DNA of 9,155 nucleotides from Escherichia coli (GTDB lineage Bacteria; Pseudomonadota; Gammaproteobacteria; Enterobacterales; Enterobacteriaceae): NCBI RefSeq assembly GCF_003334315.1, contig NZ_QOWR01000091.1; one strand, 5' to 3'. Shown piece by piece: positions 6,378 to 9,155 of this stretch (position 1 is its first letter; each line of letters starts with the position of its first letter). The notes under the pieces were generated by a model. It saw only the letters and a program-made list of their open reading frames with translations, ran no database searches and was not told where the DNA came from. The position numbers and the translations under genes were made by a program.

Positions 6378-8601
6378 TTTCGGACTCCAGTTGCGCAACC
6401 TGTTCTGTGTTTAAACCTGCTTTGAGTAATAGTGATTGCATCGAAACTTGTAATTCGCGTTGAATTGTCAGGACGCGATCCAACGTTTCCTGGCTGATAA
6501 CGCCTTCGGTGACCAAAAACTTGCCGAGCGGCAGAGAACTGCGTTCATGGCGCAATAACAACACGTTAATTGCTGAACGATTAATATGACCGAGCGTGGT
6601 CAGTATTTCGGCGAACAGGAACTGATGCGGCACATATTGCCGCCAGATTTCACCGGTCTGCTGTTCCGTGAGCCACTGATGCTGAACCGCATTGTACAAC
6701 ATTGCCCGCGGATCGTGACCGCGTCGGCGTGCATACCAGTGACGTAACCCCGTGACAATTTGTCCCCGCAGAACAATGACGTAACGCACTTTGCGTCCGA
6801 CTTTACGCGTCAGGGCCGCCAGCGAAACAGGGTCAATACCATCTTCACTGCCGACAATTAACTCATCATTTTCCAGACGCAGCGGCAGTACTGCATAATG
6901 CAGCGCCACGGAGGCCGGCATTTCGGCAATCAGCGAGGAAGGGATCTGCCAGGCATCGATGGATTCCCACGCCACGCCGTTTTGCTCTGCCAGCGCCTGT
7001 GCCAGCTGCTCGGCGCTAATCAGCCCCTGCATCAGCATTGAACCGCCCAGGCGTAGACCTTCGACGCGATTACGCAGTGCTGTATCGAGTTGTTCTTCAG
7101 TGATGACCTGATTTTCCAGCAGAATTTGACCTAACGGGCGCAACGAGCGGGTATCGCCAGTGACGCTGGGGAAGTCATGCGTTGTTTTATCCCACGCGAC
7201 GCGACGTGGATCGCCGTGTTGAAGTACCTGTTTTAGCGCGCGCCAGTTGGCCATAAAGTTAATCAGGTTGCCCCAGAAAAGACGCAGGACAGATAGCAGC
7301 CCCTGCGTCAGACCGTAGTAGCCAGTGACGAAAATCACCCGCTGCACGATGCGGTTAACCATCAAGCCAAAGTTTAGCCACAGCAGGGTCATTAACCATG
7401 CGCTGCCGCTAAAAATAGAAAGGAAATGCCAGGCATCGGGCCACAAACTTTCATACGCCAGCAACAGCAAAAGCTGGAGCATCACCAGCATCGCGAGGAA
7501 GCTGACAAAGTTACTGATTGCCCCTTTGCGGTCGCGCCAGAGAAAGTAGTTCAGCGTCAGGCTGGAGGTCCATTTGTGGGTTTTAAAGCCCTGGAAAACA
7601 ATGCCGATGATCCAGCGAGATTTTTGTCGAACTGCAGTCGAAAAGGTATCGGGGAAATATTCGCGCACGCAGATCATGTTTGACGTCCGTGCGTGCTGCA
7701 AAAATTTACGCTGCTCGCGTTCTTTGGCTTCGTCCACCACCGGAAAACGGACAAAAATTTCCGTCATACCTTTCTCTTTCAGGCGGAAACCAATGTCGTA
7801 ATCTTCAGTCAGACTCTGCACGTCGAAAGCAATACCGTCACCGTCAGCTAACAGAGCGGTCACGGCGCGGCGGCTGAAACAGGTGCCGACGCCTGCGCTG
7901 GGCACTTGTCCGGCGAGGGCTTCACGCACCGGAACATCTTTGCCATGCAGCTCTGAAAACTCATCAATGTAAGTCATGCTGGTGAAGTGCGTCCATTCGC
8001 GTTCGAACGGATACACCGGGATCTGAATCAGATCTTTACGCTCGACCAGATAGTTGAACAGACGCAATTCCATCGGTGAAATCACATCTTCGGCGTCATG
8101 CAGAATAAAACCAGCAAAAGCGAAATTGGCGCTACGCTCAAATTGGGTGATGGCGTCCAGCACGTTGTTCAGACAGTCGGCTTTGCTGGTGGGGCCAGGA
8201 CGCGCGCAGACTACCTTATGCACATTCGGGAAGCGAGCGCACACTTCGTCAACATCACGCTGAGTATCGGGGTCGTTGGGGTAGGTGCCAACAAAGATAT
8301 GATAGTTTTCGTAGTCGAGCGTGGTCGCCGCCAGCTCGGCCATATTGCCGATGACGCCCGTTTCATTCCATGCCGGAACCATAATCGCTAACGGTTTTTC
8401 ATCTGGTTTATACAGTTCGCGGTAACTCATTCGCGGGTAGCGGCGATAAACACTCAACTTGCGTTTAATGCGGCGTACCCAGTAGACGACATCAATAAAA
8501 AAATCGTCCAGCCCGCTGATGAACATGATGACCGCTAACGTTATCGCGATTACTTTTAAGCCGTAGAGCCAGGTAGCAAAAACATCAAGAAGCCAGTCCA
8601 C
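6364..8601 (-). CDS. nfrB: NfrB, inner-membrane processive family-2 glycosyltransferase with C-terminal c-di-GMP-binding MshEN domain (exopolysaccharide synthase; phage N4 adsorption protein B), 745 aa
   Basis: 745-aa ORF starting at GTG (8599-8601), with an in-frame stop 3 codons upstream and an AAGG SD-like sequence about 9 nt upstream. N-terminal TM segment, GT2 hallmarks DAED (aa 169-172) and QKSRW (aa 326-330, coords 7612-7626), further TM helices, then a C-terminal region with RLG-type MshEN motifs. Matches K-12 NfrB as I recall it. Confidence 0.93.
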   Translation of the reverse strand: MDWLLDVFATWLYGLKVIAITLAVIMFISGLDDFFIDVVYWVRRIKRKLSVYRRYPRMSYRELYKPDEKPLAIMVPAWNETGVIGNMAELAATTLDYENYHIFVGTYPNDPDTQRDVDEVCARFPNVHKVVCARPGPTSKADCLNNVLDAITQFERSANFAFAGFILHDAEDVISPMELRLFNYLVERKDLIQIPVYPFEREWTHFTSMTYIDEFSELHGKDVPVREALAGQVPSAGVGTCFSRRAVTALLADGDGIAFDVQSLTEDYDIGFRLKEKGMTEIFVRFPVVDEAKEREQRKFLQHARTSNMICVREYFPDTFSTAVRQKSRWIIGIVFQGFKTHKWTSSLTLNYFLWRDRKGAISNFVSFLAMLVMLQLLLLLAYESLWPDAWHFLSIFSGSAWLMTLLWLNFGLMVNRIVQRVIFVTGYYGLTQGLLSVLRLFWGNLINFMANWRALKQVLQHGDPRRVAWDKTTHDFPSVTGDTRSLRPLGQILLENQVITEEQLDTALRNRVEGLRLGGSMLMQGLISAEQLAQALAEQNGVAWESIDAWQIPSSLIAEMPASVALHYAVLPLRLENDELIVGSEDGIDPVSLAALTRKVGRKVRYVIVLRGQIVTGLRHWYARRRGHDPRAMLYNAVQHQWLTEQQTGEIWRQYVPHQFLFAEILTTLGHINRSAINVLLLRHERSSLPLGKFLVTEGVISQETLDRVLTIQRELQVSMQSLLLKAGLNTEQVAQLESENEGE

Positions 8602-8871
8602 ACAAAAACCTTACATTAACGCTGGTTATGTTTAGGGTGGCGTATATTAAGGTTTTTTATGAATTGTGACAGCTTTTTACCATTAATAGGTATGACTATT
8701 GCGGCACGTTATTTTTACACTGGTTATAAAAGTTGCCGTTTGCGTAGAATGTAGACAAAAGCATGGTGTCCTGGGACGGGGAGGTTAACGTCATAGTGAA
8801 AAGGAGCGGTGGCACCGAGCAGGTCATCATGTAGTGGAAGTGCCTGGAGGAGGTGAGCAGGCAGGGCAAGA

Positions 8872-9155
8872 TTACGAAAGCCTGTTCCCCGCAAGGACTG
8901 ACGCCAGATAGTTTCTCTCCATGGCTGCTTTTTGCATCTTACGTCTTAACCCTGCCTTGAATACCTTATCATTAGTCAAAATATTAATAGCGATGTGCCG
9001 TATCCCTGAAAATAATTCTGCTGCATTTCCTCTTCTTATTTTGCAGTCGTCTTCATTCATTACCACGTCCAGACGCCAGTGCAGCTTATTCTCCACGTGC
9101 CAGTGGTTTCGGATTGCTGTGGCGAACTTCTCTGCGGTTAAATCAGCAGAACTGA
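8872..9155 (-). CDS. ISAs1-family (H-repeat-associated) transposase, C-terminal portion; 5' part lies beyond the window end
   Basis: The minus-strand frame is open from the window edge to the TAA at 8872-8874, reading ...[93 protein letters not shown]. The HW.VEN.LHW.LDV..NED..R.R motif is characteristic of ISAs1/H-repeat transposases. The track ORF 8872..9096 is only the part after an internal GTG. Confidence 0.8.
   Translation of the reverse strand, partial: SSADLTAEKFATAIRNHWHVENKLHWRLDVVMNEDDCKIRRGNAAELFSGIRHIAINILTNDKVFKAGLRRKMQKAAMERNYLASVLAGNRLS

Noticed and set aside
3405-6398. Extended 997-aa NfrA start at 6396-6398
   Set aside because: That codon is TTG without an SD; the ATG at 6375-6377 has GGAG 9 nt upstream and gives the canonical 990-aa protein with a normal signal peptide.
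7325-8391. Plus-strand ORFs of 65-97 aa inside nfrB (7325..7549, 7426..7683, 7574..7801, 7680..7877, 8054..8263, 8098..8391)
   Set aside because: Antisense to nfrB, mutually overlapping, no recognisable domains. Spurious.
8872-9096. Treating the 74-aa track ORF as a complete small gene
   Set aside because: The frame stays open upstream to the window edge and the sequence is the C-terminus of an ISAs1-family transposase; the M is an internal GTG, not a real start.
1-9155. Search for a novel defence or accessory system (CRISPR repeats, toxin-antitoxin pairs, clusters of unknown genes, regular direct repeats)
   Set aside because: No regularly spaced direct repeats, no unexplained multi-gene cluster and no small adjacent gene pairs were seen; all substantial ORFs correspond to recognisable genes. 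The interesting content is the known nfr system and the IS/prophage-associated rearrangements, not an undescribed system.

Overview
This window reads as an Enterobacteriaceae (Escherichia/Shigella-type) chromosomal segment that matches the E. coli K-12 argU-envY-nfr neighbourhood, but with three differences from the K-12 arrangement, all flanked by insertion sequences. All calls are from reading the sequence and the ORF track and from recalled protein sequences; no database search was run. Layout, left to right: (1) the right-hand 453 bp of an IS1 element, inserted 38 codons before the stop of a fimbrial subunit gene (likely sfmF); (2) fimZ, a LuxR-family response regulator, on the minus strand; (3) tRNA-Arg(UCU) argU with a near-consensus sigma70 promoter; (4) envY (AraC family), starting only 45 bp after argU, so the DLP12 prophage and ompT that sit here in K-12 are absent; (5) the intact ybcH-nfrA-nfrB operon on the minus strand, which encodes the c-di-GMP-dependent exopolysaccharide synthase/export system used as receptor by phage N4; (6) the 3' end of an ISAs1-family (H-repeat) transposase gene immediately upstream of nfrB, where K-12 has cusS. 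I found no CRISPR array and no multi-gene cluster of unknown function; every long ORF is accounted for by a recognisable gene, so I do not claim a novel system. The points most worth a second look are the NfrB C-terminal c-di-GMP-binding motifs (a tandem pair plus a third isolated copy), the prophage-less argU-envY junction, the AGA/AGG-rich fimZ next to argU, and the two IS elements bracketing the locus. The IS-rich, ompT-less layout is reminiscent of Shigella/EIEC, but that is inference.
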